From: a virus
Lineage: Duplodnaviria; Caudoviricetes
Strand: one strand, 5' to 3'
Virus record (IMG/VR): IMGVR_UViG_3300009156_000035
Span: 1 to 55,020 of that record
Length of the DNA stretch: 55,020 bases
Below, one piece after another: positions 53,356 to 55,020 of this stretch. Both the position numbers and the translations under genes were made by a program. Each line of letters starts with the position of its first letter. Position 1 is the stretch's first letter. The notes beneath the pieces were generated by a model. It was not told the origin of the DNA. It made no database searches and was given only the letters and a program-made list of their open reading frames with translations.

Positions 53356-54474
53356 TCACGCTGCCGCCACTGCGACGCGCGTCCAGTCCTGCTTCGTGAA
53401 CTCGGCCAGCTCTCCGGCCTTCTCCTCCAGCTCGGCGAGCCGGTTGAAGGTCGTCGCCTGCTTGGCCGTCTCGGTCAGGGCGTTGATCGCGCCCCACTGG
53501 CTCAGGTCGCCGTCGGCCCGCAGGAAGTTGAGCACCGACTGGCCCTCGCCCTCTGTCAGGTCGAGCCGCTTGCTGAGCACCTGCACCGCTGCGACCGGCT
53601 CCGCGATCTGCTCACCCGTGGCCGTCGCCCGCAGCTGCTCGACGATCCGGCCGAAGGTGATGTCCGAGAGTGCCGCCCGTGCCATGTCCGCCGCCTTCAT
53701 AAAGAAGGCCTTGTCGTCCTGCGCGATCGTCTCGTCGCGGAAGATCCCGAGCACGTCGTCGGTCTCTTCGATCCGGCGACCGGCGTGGTACTTCCGGATC
53801 GCCACCTTCGACGTCATGCCGTTGAGGCAGTCGAGTCGAAGGATCCAGGGGCTGACCGTGAGCGAGCCTCGGCCGACCTCGGAGTTGGAGATCTCCACTC
53901 CTGCCTGGACGGTGTCACCGACCCGGATCTCGCCGGTCAGCCGGGGCAGGGTCGCCCGGATGAACATGCGCTCCGGCGTCAGCGAGGTAACGAAGAACTC
54001 CAGCCCTTCGACTTTGAACAGCTCCGGGAGCACGTATTCGATCAGGTCGACGTTGTCGAGCGGCCGGTAACGATCCGAGAGCACCGCGCGCACGTTGCCG
54101 TCGAGCGTACGGAACATCCGCTTCTCCGGATCGTTGACGAACCAGTGGTCGACGTTGCGCTTGAGCAGAGCTGGAGCCTCGCCCCGCATCCGCTCGTAGT
54201 ACTTCTTCGGGATCCCGAGCCGCGTGCCGATCTGCTCGTGCGCGATCTCGTTGATCCCGAACGCGCTCGGCGCACCGACCTGGTCGTTGATCCCGTCGAT
54301 CGTCAGCTCGAAGTCGCTGGCGGAAGCCCCATCGCTCCCAATCACCGGGACCTCGTGGAAGCCGACCCGGCGCGTGTCCGCGACGTAGTCGTGCTTCGTG
54401 TCCTGCTGCGCGTGAACGCGCTCGGCAAGCTCTCTGATGTTCAGAGCCTGCGCATGATCACGTGCTGTCCTCAC
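53356..54474 (-). CDS. DUF932/DUF945-like protein
   Basis: RAVLSDRY..LDN, NSEVG.GS, RLDCLNGM, WGAINALT; early promoter at 54512. Confidence 0.75.
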   Translation of the reverse strand: MRTARDHAQALNIRELAERVHAQQDTKHDYVADTRRVGFHEVPVIGSDGASASDFELTIDGINDQVGAPSAFGINEIAHEQIGTRLGIPKKYYERMRGEAPALLKRNVDHWFVNDPEKRMFRTLDGNVRAVLSDRYRPLDNVDLIEYVLPELFKVEGLEFFVTSLTPERMFIRATLPRLTGEIRVGDTVQAGVEISNSEVGRGSLTVSPWILRLDCLNGMTSKVAIRKYHAGRRIEETDDVLGIFRDETIAQDDKAFFMKAADMARAALSDITFGRIVEQLRATATGEQIAEPVAAVQVLSKRLDLTEGEGQSVLNFLRADGDLSQWGAINALTETAKQATTFNRLAELEEKAGELAEFTKQDWTRVAVAAA

Positions 54475-54739
54475 CCTCACCACCTCCAGTGGCTGTTGCG
54501 TCATTGCGCTCAGTATAGCGCATTTGATCCGACTCTGCACGCCGCCGCTTCGCCTTCACTCCTGGCTTCGTGCCCAGGTGGTAGTAGTCGCAGTGCGGGC
54601 AGAGGTAGGCCATCATGTCGCCGCGACCGGCGAACGTCCGCGCGCGTCTGAGGTGCAGCTTCGCCCGCTTCTTGGTCGCGAACTTGAACTTGCCGAAGCA
54701 CTGACGCTCCGGCGCGTCGATGTAGCCGTTCGTGCTCAT
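54458..54739 (-). CDS. Small basic Zn-binding protein
   Basis: CFGK..F…AYLCPHCDYYHL. Confidence 0.6.
   Translation of the reverse strand: MSTNGYIDAPERQCFGKFKFATKKRAKLHLRRARTFAGRGDMMAYLCPHCDYYHLGTKPGVKAKRRRAESDQMRYTERNDATATGGGEGEDST
54512..54524 (-). promoter_or_regulatory. Early-type promoter (AATGCGCTATACT)
   Basis: Repeated motif. Confidence 0.6.
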
Positions 54740-54740
54740 C

Positions 54741-55019
54741 TCACCCACCTCCGTCCTCGTCGATCTTGATGCCCAGCTCCTCCTCTATGACCTCCTTGAA
54801 GATCAGGCGGTATGCCTCCCGCTCGACGGTAGGCCAGCACTGCCCGCAGTAGGCGATCGGCTTCCCGGCATCCTGGTATCCGGTGGGAACGGCGCTGCGA
54901 CCGATGTACGCGATGGACTCGCGCGGCAGCTTCCGCCTGCACTCCAAGCAGAGGATCAGGTCAGACCGGGACGCCCCGAGCGAGCGGGCGAGGCCGGACT
55001 GGCGTGCGGATCTCTTCGA
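54741..55019 (-). CDS. Hypothetical Cys-containing protein, 5' end possibly outside the window
   Basis: Frame is open to the window edge; CLEC…CGQC. Confidence 0.45.
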   Translation of the reverse strand, partial: SKRSARQSGLARSLGASRSDLILCLECRRKLPRESIAYIGRSAVPTGYQDAGKPIAYCGQCWPTVEREAYRLIFKEVIEEELGIKIDEDGGG

Positions 55020-55020
55020 C

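Noticed and set aside
246-54651. Numerous long plus-strand ORFs in the track (e.g. 860-3361, 5440-6744, 30143-31507, 46594-48156, 53233-54651)
   Set aside because: Antisense or alternate-frame shadows of GC3-biased minus-strand genes; low-complexity Arg/Ala/Gly translations without RBS.
1-55020. Integrase, att sites, IS elements or host genes
   Set aside because: None recognised; free phage versus prophage cannot be decided from this window.

Overview
A 55-kb segment of a high-GC tailed (Caudoviricetes) phage or prophage, probably infecting an actinobacterium. Almost all genes are on the minus strand. Reading right to left: DUF932-like, RHH and LmbU-like regulators, RusA, HNH and ParB-like genes; small and large terminase; a lytic-transglycosylase-like gene; an epimerase/glycosyltransferase cluster; portal; a giant MuF-containing polyvalent protein plus two more modular cargo proteins; a 14-kb block of small early/accessory ORFs; a prohead-protease fusion; a zone of probable structured ncRNAs; major capsid (hexamer-type), pentamer/decoration and major tail genes; and a long Gly/Ser/Thr-repeat fibre-like gene that runs off the left edge. 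Most notable: (1) 14 copies of an [AS]A[AG]-[WFY]-x4-HPR..G..GG[EQ]F tag that divide five head-associated proteins into cargo modules, each preceded by a small-residue site also seen in the capsid, portal and protease precursors; (2) a second motif, RxxxYxxAL[GE], in seven unrelated microproteins and at a 2-nt break in the protease polyprotein; (3) two microproteins between terS and terL carrying recognisable fragments of the capsid and portal proteins; (4) distinct early and late promoter motifs, a dispersed 14-bp palindrome and tRNA-like RNAs. Family assignments come from recognising motifs by eye, not from database searches.
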